Shown: piece after piece, positions 50,643 to 63,624 of the stretch
How positions within the stretch are numbered: position 1 is the first letter of the stretch
How the letters are laid out: every line of letters begins with the position of its first letter
Assembly (NCBI GenBank): GCA_030390025.1
Contig: CM059432.1
Span: forward strand, 72,604,001 to 72,668,000
DNA: 64,000 nucleotides
Direction: 5' to 3'
DNA from: Squalus acanthias
Lineage: Eukaryota
Made by a program: the position numbers and the translations under genes
The notes under the pieces: model-generated
What the model was told of the DNA's origin: nothing
The model's input: the letters and a program-made list of their open reading frames with translations, nothing else
Databases searched by the model: none

Positions 50643-53600
50643 CAGAGCGGGATTAAATGGAGTGGACTTGAACAGAATGCTTTGGTTGGGAATTTGGAAA
50701 GAGTGGGAATTTCTGGTAAGTATTGGGTAAGTAGAAGCTGTAAAAAGTGAAATTTAGTTTAAGATTTTGATTTTAACATAGAACTTTAAAACATTAAAAA
50801 CTGTAGTTAACAGAAGCTGACTGCCAGTGGCAGTGAACGGTCAGTCAGGTTTAAGTGCTTGATTTGAATAGGCGCTAATCACCAGGGAGCAGGGGAGCTG
50901 AATCAACACTTGTAAAATGGGTGAGGCTGCAAGTGTATAAAAGTAAACATTTATGCAGAGCACAGAGCAGTCTGCACAGAGCGGGATTAAACGGAGTGGA
51001 CTTGAACAGAGTGCTTTGGTTGGGAATTTGGAGAAGAGTGGGAATTTGAAGAAGAGTGGGAAGGAGTTGTTGATTTTTGCCGACACTACTTGTAGTGCTT
51101 TGTGTTACAGGTAGAGCAGAGTAGAGGTTTGGGTAAAAATAAACAGAGTGGATCAGGAAGGGACAGAGAGAGTAACAAAGGTAATAAGGCATCAGTGACT
51201 AAGGTGACATCAGGGAAAAAGAGAAATAAGTCAAAGCTAAAGGCACTATATCTGAATGCGTGAAGCATTCGCAACAAAATAGAAGAATTAATAGCGCAGA
51301 TAGAAATTAACAGGTTTGATCTAATAGCCATAACGGAGACGTGGTTGCAAAGTGACTAAGGTTGGGAACTAAATATTCCAGGATACTTAACTTTTAGAAG
51401 GGATAGGCAAAATGAAAAAGGAGGAGGGGTCGCCCTGATAATAAAGGATGGGATAAAGACAGTCGAAAGAAAGGATCTTAGCTCTGAAAATCAAGAAGTA
51501 GAATCAGTTTGGTTGGAGCTAAGAAACAGCAAGGGGCAGAAAACATTGGTGGGAGTTGTTTATAGGCCCCCAAACAGTAGTTGTAATGTAGGGCAGAGTA
51601 TAAATCAGGAAATTAGAGGTGCATGTAACAAGGGTAATACAGTAATCATGGGGGACCTTAATCTACACATAGACTGGGCAAACCAAATTTGCAGTAATAG
51701 GGTGGAGGACGAATTCATGGAATGTATGCAAGATAGTTTTCTAGATCAGTATGTTGAGGAACCAACTAGGGAACAGGCTATTTTAGATCTAGTATTGTGC
51801 AACGAGAAAGGGTTAATTAATAGCCTTGTAGTAAAGGAGCCTTTAGGGAAGAGTGACCATAATATGATAGAATTTTATATTGCGTTTGAAAGTGACTCAG
51901 TTAAATCCGAAACTAGGGTCTTAAATCTAAACAAAGCAAACTACGTAGGTATGAGGGGTGAGTTGGCTAAGGTAGATTGGGAAACTACATTAAAAGGTAT
52001 GACAGTGGACGAGCAATGGCTAGCATTTAAAGAATTATTACATAATTTACAACAAATATACATTCCTTTAAGGCACAAAAACACCACAGGAAAAGTGGTC
52101 CAACCGTGGTTAACAAGACAAGTTAAAGATAGTACTAAATCAAAGGAAGAGGCTTATAATGCTGCCAAAAAGAGTAGTAAGCCTGAGGATTGGGAGGATT
52201 TTAGAATTCAGCAAAGGAGGACCAAGAAATTGATAAAGAAAGGGGGGAAAAAATGAGAGTAAACTAATGAGCGACATAAAAGCAGACTGTAAAAGCTTCT
52301 ATAGGTATGTAAAAAGGAAAAGATTAGCAAAAATAAATGTGGGTCCCTTACAGACTGAGACAGGGGAAATTATAATGGGGAATAAGGAAATGGCAGAGAA
52401 ATTAAACAAATACTTTGGGGTAAAAATTGAGTCGCGCCCCATTTGGGGCGCTAACCTCGCCGGGGCGCGACTTTTAGCGCCCCGAAAAAATTAGCGGCCC
52501 CGCGCCGGAACTTCAGTGGTTGCGCCCCAAGAGGGAAGCGGGGCGCAACTGGAAGCAGCCCGCATCCCTCTTGGGGCGCTGCGAGTGAATATCCTGGCGC
52601 TACGTGCCGCAGCGCCACGCGCTGCGGCACGTCGCGCCGCGGTATTGCAGGCCTTCCTCCCCTTCTTAAAGGGGAGGGACCCTGTGCAGCGCGAACCGGG
52701 GCCCAGCTGGGCCCCCAGGGATCGGGAGTGCCGGCAAAAGAGCCCGGCACTCAAGAGAAGTGCCGGGCTCTTGGAGCGCAGCCGGCACTTCACGGTGGGG
52801 GGGCTTCACGGGGGCCGGGGGCAGGTGCTGGCAGGCGGCCAGCAACAAAAATGGCCGCCTGCCACCTCCGCTTTAAATATCGCCGCCCCGGCCGCACGTA
52901 CGCCTCCCTGAACTCGTCGGACATAGCGTCTGGCGGTAAATCAGGGGGCGCGACTGAAGATCACGGCCGGGGCGCGAGCGGGGTGCTGCGCACGGCGATG
53001 ACGTCATCGCCGGCGGCGCAGCGCCACAAGGCGCTACCGGCTGCCGCCGCCGCTAACCTCCCACTAAATTTTTCGGGAGGCGTGGGCGGCGCTGCGCCCG
53101 GGCGTTAGCTGCTTTACGCCCCATTAGCGCCCTCTTAAGGCGCTAACGGGAGGCGCAAGCAGCTGAATTTTTCCCCCTTTGTGTCTATCTTCACGGAAGA
53201 AGACGCAAAAATCTTTACGGAAATAGTGGACAACCTAGGGTCTAACGAGAATGAGGAACTGAAAGATATTAGTATTAGGAAAAAAGCAGTACTGAAGAAA
53301 TTAATGGGACTGAAAGCCAATAAATCCCCTGGACCTGATGGCCTACATCCTAGGGTTTTGAAAGAAGTGGCTATAGAGATAGTGGATGCATTGGTTGTCA
53401 TTTGCCAAAATTCCATTGATTCTAGAACGGTTCCCGCAGATTGGAAAGTAGCAAATGTAACCCCACTATTTAAGAAAGGAGGGAGAGAGAAAATGGGGAA
53501 CTATAGACCAGTTAGCCTGACATCAGTAGTAGGGAAAATGCTAGAATCTATTATTAAGGAGGTGGTAACAGGGCACTTCGAAAATAATAATAGGATTGTG

Positions 53601-54305
53601 CAGAGTCAACACGGATTTATGAAAGGGAAATCGTGTTTGACAAATCTGTTGAAGTTTTTTGAGGTTGTAACTAGCAGAATAGATAAGGGGGAACCAGTGG
53701 ATGTGGTGTATTTGGATTTTCAGAAGGCATTTGATAAGGTGCCACACAAGAGGTTATTAAACAAAATTAGATCTCATGCGATTGGGGGTAATATACAAGC
53801 ATGGATTGAGGATTGGTTAATGGACAGAAAACAGAGTAGGAATAAACGGGTCATTTTCGGGTTGGCAGGCTGTAACTAGTGGGCTACCGCAAGGATCAGT
53901 GCTTGGGCCTCAGCTATTCACAATCTACATCAATGAAGGGGACCAAATGTAATATATCAAGTTTGCTGATGATACAAAGCTGGGTGGGAATGTAAGTTGT
54001 GAGGAGGATGCAAGGAGGCTTCAAGGGGATAAAGACAGGCTAAGTGAGTGGGCAAGAACATGGCAAATGGAATATAATGTGAAGAAATGTCAAGTTATCC
54101 ATTTTGGTAGGAAAAATAGAAAAGCAGAGTATTTTTGAAATGGTGAGAGATTGGGAAATGTTGATGTTCAGAGGGACCTGGGTGTCCTTGTACACGAATT
54201 ACTGAAAGTTAACATGCAGGTACGGCAAGCAATTAGGAAAGCAAATGGTATGTTGGTCTTTATTACAAGAGGATTTGATTATAAAAGTAAAGACGTCTTA
54301 CTGCA
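50643..54305 (+). mobile_element. CR1: probable 5' UTR, ORF1 missing, decayed APE-RT
   Basis: YLNA*S, ITETW, YRPP, SDHN, RT motifs; interrupted by the MITE at 52417. Confidence 0.88.
52417..53177. mobile_element. Harbinger-type GC-rich MITE
   Basis: TIRs GGGGTAAAAATT / AATTTTTCCCCC; TSD TTT; removal restores the CR1 sequence NKYF|VSIF. Confidence 0.92.
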
Positions 54306-55612
54306 AAAAGCAGGACAAATTCAATCCGGCCAATTAGTCTACTCTCAATCATCAGCAAAGTGATGGAAGGTGTCATCGACAGTGCTATCAAGTGGCACTT
54401 ACTCACCAATAACCTGCTCACTGATGCCCAGTTTGGGTTCCGCCAAGACCACTCGGCTCCTGACTTCATTACAGCCTAGGTCCAAACATGGACAAAGGAG
54501 CTGAATTCCAGAGGTGGGGTGAGAGTGACTGCCCTTGATATCAAGGCAGCATTTGACCGAGTGTGGCATCAAGGAGCCCTAGTAAAACTGAAGTCAATGG
54601 GAACCAGGGGGAAAACTCTCCACTGGCTGGAGTCATATCTAGCACAAAGGAAGATGGTTGTGGTGGTTGATAGCCAATCATCACAGCCCCAGGACATCGC
54701 TGCAGGAGTTCCTCAGGGCAGTGTCCTAGGCCCAACCATCTTCAGCTGCTTCATCAATGACCTTCCCTCCAACATAAGGTCAGAAATGGGGCAGTTCGCT
54801 GATGACTGCACAGTGTTCAGCGCCATTCACAACTCCTCAGATAATGAAGCAGTCCATGCCCGCATGCAACAAGACCTGGATGACGCTCAGGTTTGGGCTG
54901 ATAAGTGGCAGGTTACATTCACGCCACAGAAGTGCCAGGCAATGACTATCTCCAGCAAGCAAGAGTCTAAACACCGCCCCTTGACTTCAATGGCATTACC
55001 ATCGCCGAATCCCCCACCATCAACATCCTGGGGGTCACCATTGACCAGAAACTTAACTGGATGAGTCACATAAATACTGTGGCAACAAGAGCAGGTCAGA
55101 GGCTAGGTATTCTGCGGCGAGTGTCTCACCTCCTGACTCCCCAATGCCTTTCTACCATCTACAAGGCACAAGTAAGGCGTGTGATGGAATACTCTCCACT
55201 TGCCTGGATGAGTGCAGCTCCAACAACACTCAAGAAGCTCAACACCATCCAGAACAAAGCAGCCCACTTGATTGGCACCCCCTCTACCACCTTAAACATT
55301 CACTCCCTCCACCACCGGCGTAACGTGGCTGCAGTGTGTACCACCTACAAGATGCACTGCAGCAACTCGCCAAGGCTTCTTCGGCAGCACCTCCCAAACC
55401 CGTGACCTCTTCCACCTAGAAGGACAAGGGCAGCAGACTCATGGGAACACCACCACCTCCAAGTTCCCCTCCAAGTCACACATCATCCTGACTTAGAAGT
55501 ATAGCGATGATGAAGGATCACCACCACCTTCTCAAGGGCAATTAGGGATGGGCAATAAATGCTGGCCTTGCCAGCGACGCCCACATCCCATAAAAACGAA
55601 TAAAATTAAAGA
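54306..55612 (+). mobile_element. LINE-A RT and 3' end
   Basis: Homologous to 190-1695. Confidence 0.9.
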
Positions 55613-55848
55613 AAAACTTTTTTACGCAGCGAGTGGTTAGGATCTGGAATGCACTGTCTGAAAGGGTGGTGGAGGCAGACTTAATCATGGCTTTCAAAAG
55701 GGAGTTGGATAAGTACCTGGAGGACAAAAATTTGCAGGGCTACGGAGAAAGGGCAGAGGAGTGGGACTAGCTGAGGTGCTCTTGCAGAGAGCTGGCATGG
55801 GCTTGATGGGCCGAATGGCCTTCTTCCATTTTGTAACCATTCTATGAT
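55613..55848 (+). mobile_element. CR1 3' end
   Basis: NFFTQRVVRIWNAL, TTCTATGATTC tail. Confidence 0.8.
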
Positions 55849-55849
55849 T

Positions 55850-56790
55850 CAATGATGAGTTGAAATGGAGGTTGAAATTAGAGAAGATGAGAAGTGGCTT
55901 GGTGCAGAGTCTGAGGTAGGAAAGCAGTGAAGATATCTCAGTGAGAACATTTTTATGGTACGTGGGTAGGCAGTAGAGAACGAGGATTTTAAATGAGAGG
56001 CAAGAGGGGTGGAACAAGGTGAGATGCTTAAAGGAAGAGAAGGTGCCAGAGGAGTAGGGGGACAGACCTAGGTGTGATTTGGTGATGAGAGCCACACTGC
56101 CACCGCAGTCTGGGCGGGGCAAGTGGTGGAAGGTATAGCCAGGCGGGGAGACTTCATTTAGGGGGAAGGTGTCATCACCCCTCAGCCAGGTTTCCGTCAA
56201 GGCCATGATTTCGATGCAATCATCCACATTAAGCTCATGGATGGCAAGGGCCTTGTTCACAAGTGAATGTACATTCTGGAGGGAGATGCAGAGAAGGGCG
56301 ATGATAGCTGATCCACTGCCAGAGTCCACAGGGTCAGCATTGGAATGGGTGAGTTGGACAGGAAGGAGGTAGGAAAAATTAGCCCCCAGCGGGCATGCTG
56401 GGTGGGAAGGTCAGCGAGAGAGTAGGATGGGGTAGTTGGGGTTGCCGCTCATAAGGAGGCAGCAATGAGTGCATCGATGGGCCCTTCAGAGGATGCCAAG
56501 AGAGACACAGAGGAAAGCTGTAGGGTTATCTAAGAGGAAGTCAATCCTGGGATGGCAGCAGGAGAGGAGTAAGGTCGAGGAGTGCTGACGGGTTGGGGTA
56601 GGGATTTGGGAGGGCAGAGTATTCGGGAGGGGAGAAATGAAAGGAGGCATGATGACAGGAGAGAGGGGTCTAGGAGGGGTAAAGAGAAAAGAAGTAAAAA
56701 TGGGGAAGAAAAAAGTGGAAGTAGAAGTGATGGGCTCGGGTCCGGAGCAGCAGCCAAAACACGCACGCGAATAAACACATGGAAAACTCA
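55850..56790 (-). mobile_element. L2-type 5' region with APE N-terminus
   Basis: ISLQNVHSLVNK, MALTETWL, SPPGY, FSNFN; pyrimidine-rich leader. Confidence 0.75.
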
Positions 56791-57082
56791 AGTTACATAG
56801 GCCTGGTTACATAGAAAGATTATGATACATATTGACGTAAGAAAACTACTAGGCACTTGGTCTAAGCGTTAAACAAAGCTTTAATCAACTGTTTTTCAAC
56901 ATGGAGATCTAGTTGTGTCCTTCACTAGTTCCTGTTGAGGAATGTCCTAAGCAAGCTGGGCCCATGCCCGAGTATTTATACTCTCCCTGGACAGTGCCAC
57001 CAGCAGGCCGCCCAGTATTACTTCATACATGAATGACAAGATTCATGTCACATATATCCTGGTAATAAACGGGGAATAGAGA

Positions 57083-57510
57083 GGTACAGTAGCATAATGG
57101 TTAGGTTACTGGACTAATAATATAGAGGCCTGGTATAATCAGAAACATGAGTTGAAATCCCACCATGACAGCTGGGGAATTTACAGGATAATATAATAGA
57201 AGTGTTTGAAGTTATGAAAGGTTGGGACAGGGGAGATAGAAGCAGACTGTTTCTAGTAGTTGAGGGGTCAAGAACGAGGAGCCATATATTCAAGATTAAA
57301 TGCAAGAGATTTTAGAACTGAGGGCAGGGGAAATTTCTTCTCTCAGAGATCTGTGAGGATGCAAAATTCACATCTGAGGTTAATGGCTGAGGTAGAAAGT
57401 ATGTTAACAGGGTGGGTATATGTGATTAGAACTATTTGCTTGCATGGAAGGTAAGTGCTGATATGGACTGGTTGGGCCGAATGGCCTGTTTCTGTGTTGT
57501 AACTTCTATA
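57083..57510 (+). mobile_element. SINE head (57083-57183) followed by an old CR1 3' end
   Basis: TAGCATAATGGTTA head as at 34447; RTRSH...NFFSQR; CR1 tail. Confidence 0.7.
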
Positions 57511-58330
57511 TAGAGTAGTTTGAAAGGATGGGTTCCTTATTTTTAGCACATCTTTTCTTTTGTTCTACTTGAGCTGTTGTGAAACTCCTTTGCTGATTCT
57601 TGGTTTGAGTAGTCATTCTGAGGTGGGAAGTATTGTTTTTGTTCTGCAGTCCAGCAACAATTATGCTGGTGACTCTACACCATCTCTAGGCATGCTACGA
57701 TAATGAAACAGGGCGAGATGCACTAAGACCTGATCTTTTGCTTTCTTCAGCAAATTTTTTTGCATTTGGAACAACTTTCTCAGCTTTTCCATTGGATTTT
57801 TGGGTTCTTTTGTGATGAGGTTGTGTGGTTCAAACTATTGGTTTTGCAAAATTATCTGAAACTACTTTAACTGGGAAACCATACCTAGCAAACAGCTACT
57901 TGCAAAGTGAAATCACATTTGAACTCTTGGCACTAAGTTAACTTACTGAATTCAAAACAATTTGAGAAATAGGTTAGAATTAATAAATATTGATTGTAAT
58001 GAAAGTCAAATATATCAATCCTAGCTTTCTGCGTCAGTCTACTTGGAATGTCATATACATTGGCCGCGAATTTGCCGGCGCTCAGAGGGCGGGTTTGGAG
58101 GCGGGTCGGGAGTTAAAATCCAAATGATTGCCGGTGGATTACGAACCCGCCACCATCCCAGCTTCACGCAAATTTGCAAAGTGTCGGGTCTGCGAGTCCC
58201 GATCTGACCCGACACCAAACGACGGGAGAGGCACTTAAGGCAGTTAACAGCTTGTTAACTGCCTAGATAATGCTTTTTTAACTGGCTCTTCCTATTTTAA
58301 GAAATTTTCAGCGTGTTGCCTGTCGTGCAA

Positions 58331-58763
58331 CACGGTGGCATAGTGGTTAGCACTGGTGCCTCACAGCGCCAGAGACCCGGGTTCGAATCTGACCTCGGGT
58401 GACTGTCTGTGTGGAGTTTGCACATTCTCCCTGTGTCTGCGTGGGTTTCCTCCGGGTGCTCCGGTTTCCTCCCACAGTCCAAAAATGTGTGGGTTAGGTT
58501 GATTTGGCTATGATAAATTGACCCTTAGTGTTAGGGGGGATTAAATATGTGGGGTTATGGGGATAGGATGGGATATGTTAGGGGGAATTAAATACGTGGG
58601 GTTACGGGGGTAGGGTGGGATATGTGTACTGTGGGGATTAAAGCAGGGACAGGGTACTGGATTTGGATGATCAGCCATGATCGTATTGAATGGCGGAGCA
58701 GGCTCGACGGGCCGAATGGCCTACTCCTGCTCCTAGATTCTTTCTATGTCTATGTTTCTATGT
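58331..58763 (+). mobile_element. HE1-like V-SINE inside Harbinger-2
   Basis: Near-identical to 15234-15664. Confidence 0.92.
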
Positions 58764-59011
58764 GCCGGGTTCAGCAAGGATCTGAACTGTTGACAGCTGC
58801 TCCTGCAGCATAAAAGCGGACTTGTAACATGGCTGACTTTCAGATGACAGAACTTTGTGCTTTGAGGTTTTGGAACACATTTTGCAGGTCTTTTGAGTTT
58901 GAGTGTTTAAGCTGAGATCCATATGCACTGTGACCTCCTTGGAAGACCCTCTGGCCACATTGACTGAGCGCTTATAACATCTCTTCCTCAACTGAGATAT
59001 ATACCAGCGGG

Positions 59012-60249
59012 ATGGGAACCATTTATACCCTCTCATCCTGGCCCTGAGAATCGGAGGAAGTGCAGCCGCGGCAGCAGCAGAACCGGCCACAGCAGCTGCA
59101 GCAACAACAGGAGCGCCAACCTCCTCCTCAGCCACCTGATGATGCACAGGGCAGAGGCCGTCAGCACAGGGCTGCACCTCGCTGCAGGAGATACCCCCAA
59201 CACAAGGTTTACAGGCCGAGGATGAACTTCCTCAACATGACTGAGCAGCAGTGCCACAAAGGAGGCTGAGACTTTCATGAGAGGTAGTCGCTGACATCTG
59301 CATAATGCTGCACCAACACCTGGAGCCCAGAGGAGCGGGTGGCCACTCGTTACAAGTGGCTGTCAAAGTCACCATCGCACTCAACTTCTTTGCATCAGGG
59401 TCCTTCCAGGGATCATCAGCAGACATCAGCGGCATCTCTCAGTCGGCCGCACACACTTGCATCACACAGGTTACCGATACCCTCTTTGCAAAGGCGCACA
59501 ATTACATCCACTTCTCCCTGGATGAAGCAAGTATAACCGCACGCGCGGTTGGCTTTGCAAATATGGCAGGCTTCCCAAGGGTACAGGGCGTCGTAGACTG
59601 CACACATGTGGCCATTAGGGCACCACATCACAACCCAGCTGTATTTGTGAACCGCAAGGGCTTCCACTCCCTTAACGTCCAGCTGCTGTGTAACCACAGG
59701 AAGGACATTATGCATGTTTGCGCCAAGTTCCCTGGCAGTTGCCATGACTCATTCATCCTTCGGCAGTCTACTGTGCCTCAGCGCTTCAATCCGCCAAGAC
59801 AACTTTCCGGATGGCTACTTGGAGACAAGGGCTATCCCCTGAAGACGTGGCTAATGACACTGATGAGGAGGCCATCAAACGAAGCTGAGGAGCGGTACAA
59901 TGTGAGCCACATTTCCACCAGATGCATCATTGAACCAACCATCGGCTTGCTCAAAATGTGATTCAGATGCCTCGACAGATCTGGTGGAGCCCTACAGTAC
60001 TCACCAGCCAGGGTCTCCAGAATCATCGTGATCTGCTGTGCACTGCACAACATCGCACAGCAGCGTGGCTTACCGCTGCCTGAGGAACAAGTGGCTCAGC
60101 GCACAGTCTCCTTGGAAGAGGAGGAGGAGGAGGAGGATGCAGCAGGTGAGGGACGCCTTGCAGGGGCGGATGTGCCAATTCCACCAGCACTCGACCACAT
60201 TGCTGGCCGTGAGGCAAGGGATGCACTTATCCATGCCAGATTTGTGTGA
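59012..60249 (+). pseudogene. Harbinger DDE transposase (HARBI1-like)
   Basis: [35 protein letters not shown] at 59959-61; 5' frameshifts. Confidence 0.92.
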
Positions 60250-60539
60250 TGTGATGCTTTAACCACATGTGGCTGGCACATGGAAATGAGTGTCTGGCTA
60301 ACCTTCTTAACACACCATACAGCTTCTGTGCAATAAACTGTGGTTTTCTATCACTCTCACCACCATCATTATAGATGAAAGGCGCCCTGACCCCTCACTG
60401 TGCAACTTCCATTTCTGAGCACACGCAGGCCAACTCTTTAAATCTTTGTCATCGCTTTTCTTTAATACATTAATAATAACGATGACAAACGTTTGTGAAA
60501 ACACCCAAGTGACTACCGTTGTGACTATTTGTGTGTTAA

Positions 60540-63334
60540 CTTTCTCTTACACGTGCTTCTATGTGGTTGTTCCCTTCTGGCTTCAGCAGATGTAGAGGCA
60601 CCTTGCTCACTTGATGCTGTGCCTGTTTCGACACCTTTGGCGGGCGTCCTCTGGGTTTGGGAGCCTGGGAGGGCTTGGCAACAGTCTGCTCCTACTGCGG
60701 CTGTGCAGGGGCTGAGACGGCCATCTCAGTTGGGTGAGGAATCTGGGGCTCTGACCGAGGGCTCCGCTGTGGCATGGGAGTGTGAGCGCTTGGAGAGGAG
60801 CCAACACTTCCTGGTTGTCGACCACCAACATCCCTCTCATGGGTCACCCACACTTCACTGCTACCAAGTGGTTGGAGAGCACCTTGCTGCACATCAATGG
60901 GGCCATGAGGACCCGTCGCTGTACTGACAGTCCTCATAACGGGGACGTCCATGTACCTCTGGTTCCTCTCCTAAATAGATGCCCATCTATCCTCCATATC
61001 AGACCATCTATTTAGAAGAGTCACCATGCTCTATTGAGTCTGGTGATTTATGTCCTCCATGGAGGTTGCCATCCTTTCCATGGCAGCACTTACATTCGCC
61101 ATTGAGTGCACCACCGCATTGCTCATGTTTGAGATGGACTCCTCCATTCCCTGCACACTCGCAGTTACCGTGGATGCAAACCCTGTCATAGACTCCTGCA
61201 CTTGTTCCTGGAGTTCCAGCACCGCTCCCTTTCTGGATGGCCCCCAAGGCTCAGTGTCTACATGCAGCTGAGCAGAGCTAGGAGCGTCCTGCAACCTCCG
61301 ACGAGGACTCTCCAGTGCTGTCACTGTCTCCACCATCTGCTGATGCTCACTTGTGAGCTGTGATACACCAGGTGACAACATTACTCTATATCGTGAAGGA
61401 CCCGCTGAGGTGCGCGTCTCTGAGCTGGTGCTGGGTGCGCTAAGTCCTGGTGACGCTGCTCCCTCAGAGGCTGCAGGTTTCTCTGAGGAGTCGTCCGGCT
61501 CTTCTTCCTGGACAGTGGGGAGGAGGGCTCTCGATGGTCCTGTGGGGGAGTAAAGGCATGAGTTAGACATGTGGGGGGAAAAATTCGGTTGCTTTGTGCC
61601 TCCTGTTAGTGCCCTAAGATGGCGCTAATGGGGCGCAAAGCAACTAGCGCCTGGGCGCGGCAATGTTTGCACCACTCGCAAAATTGACCAGACATTTTGT
61701 GGCAGTGCTAAACACTACCGCCACGATCTCCTGCGCCCGCAGATCGTGACATCAGTCGAGCGTGCAATGCCCCGGTAGCGTCCCAGACCAGATATTGAGT
61801 GGTGCCCTACCACCTGCCTTACTACCTGCCGCTAGCAACAACAGGTTGAGAGGAGTGTTTTGCAGTCGGGAAGGGACTGGGGGAGCGCTATTTTAAGCGG
61901 CCACTTCCTGCCTTTTTTTGTCGGCGACATTTTTGCACCACGCATTCTGAGAGAGAGAGAGAGAGACTTCTGGAGAGATTCAACGCTGCGTGAAGGAGTT
62001 TTGGGTACTGAGCAGCACTTTGCAGGTTCATTTTGATTTGACATTCCTTGCATCGATTTAGAAGAGACTGTGGGGGCTGCACACTGAGCTCTTTCCCTGG
62101 GCCTCTCCATTGTTCTTTCCAGCAGATTTGATGTACAGGTCTCTCCAGGCCGAGATTCAAGGCTGCAATGAGCAGGGTGTGGATGGAGAGCAAGATTGAC
62201 CCTCCCCTTTAAGAACTGGCCGGCACCAGCGTGTCTGTGTTCCATTGCTGACTGACATCACATGAGCTTCGCCAGCGCTCTGAGGTAGTGCCTCGCTCCT
62301 CGGCGTTAGTGCCTTAAGAGAGGTGAGTAGTGCCTGATTTACCGCTCTAATCATCTCCAGGAGCGATCGAAGCCAAGTTTGCAGTCGGAGGCGATCATTA
62401 GCGCCAGGCGCTAAACTTTGCGCCCGGCCGATAATTGCATCCCAAACAGGGCAATACCGAATTTCTCCCCCGTGATATTTAGGTACCAGAAACATCCTAT
62501 TGTGCAGATGATCAGAAATCATTCTATGAACATCAGATGCCATTTCAATCATTCATGAAATATAAATGAGAGGGTTGCAAATCTATTCTGTCACCAGCTT
62601 GCTCTAGTGCGCCCGTCTCTCCATCCCCCACTTCCAGATCCTCTTCACCTCCGACTATGTCGAGAGCAGCCTCCTCAGTGTTTGTTAAAGTTGCGAGTGA
62701 TGGTGGGCATCCTCCTGTCCTCGCTCTCTCCCTCTTTTGTCGGCTCTCTTTTCCTGCAATGAGGGACACAAGTGGAGTTTCAGTGAGATTGATGGAGTGA
62801 GTGTAAAGATTACATAACATTGAAGCTTAGAGGGAGACAAAGATGGAGTGAAGTGCCAATACCAAGGTGCCTCCCTGTGCCTTGTTGGTTGTTGTCATTG
62901 CATAACAGTGAGAGCGAGTGTGAGGGGTGCATAGTAGGATGGTGAAGTGATTCTGTACAGAGAGAGAGGGATAGGTAAGGGTGCAAGGGAAGTATGGGTA
63001 AGTTGGGATGTGGAGGAGTAGGTTGACAATGCTGAGTGCTGGTGATGAGAACAGATGGGAGGCAGATTGAAGGTAAGTGTGATGTTATACTCAATTTTGC
63101 TGAGCGTAGCAGATCATTGAACCTTTTCCTGCACTGAGCCCAGGTGCGTGAGCACAAAGACCTGGCGCCAACCTCCTCAGCAATTTGCAGCCAGGCTGCC
63201 TTTGTCTGCTGAGGAGGCCTCCTCTGGCCATCAGGAGGGAACAGAACCTCCCTGCGCCCTCTTACTCCCTCCACAAGAACATGGAGGGAGTCATCATCAA
63301 ATCTAGGAGCAGCCTTTGATCTTGTAGCAGTCAT
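60540..63334 (-). pseudogene. Harbinger Myb/SANT protein, 3 exons (about 63334-63095, 62753-62597, 61540-60540)
   Basis: KAAPRFDDDSL, AWLQIAEEV...RTWAQCRKRFNDL, RTGG; first donor mutated (TTGAGT). Confidence 0.82.
61574..62471. mobile_element. Harbinger-1-type internal deletion derivative in intron 2 of the Harbinger-2 Myb gene
   Basis: TIRs GGGGGAAAAATTC / GAATTTCTCCCCC; TSD GTG; retains MERPRERAQ, like the Myb start. Confidence 0.88.
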
Positions 63335-63624
63335 TTTTACAGGACCCGTTTTCAGGAGCAGCATAAACCAAATGAAATGCAAAGGCTACACGGGCCCCTT
63401 AAAGCTCCTGAATGGAAGACGTCAGCAGAGGCGAGCAGCACACCCGCACCCACTGATTGGGCCGGGTATTGTGCACATCCGGCTTAATAAGCTCAGTTAA
63501 CTTAAAATCCTGATTTGAGAGCGGCTGAAGCCGGCAGTGAGACCGGAAGCCGCCAACCACTCAACCCAACTCCAACGCGCCTCCGATGGGAAAATCGCGG
63601 CCATTGAGTGGGTCTTTGCACACT

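Larger units (their letters stand above)
58062..63602. mobile_element. PIF/Harbinger transposon, complete boundaries, decayed (Harbinger-2)
   Basis: TIRs GGCCGCGAATTT / rc GGCCGCGATTTT; TSD ATT (58059-61, 63603-05); convergent transposase and Myb genes. Confidence 0.93.
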
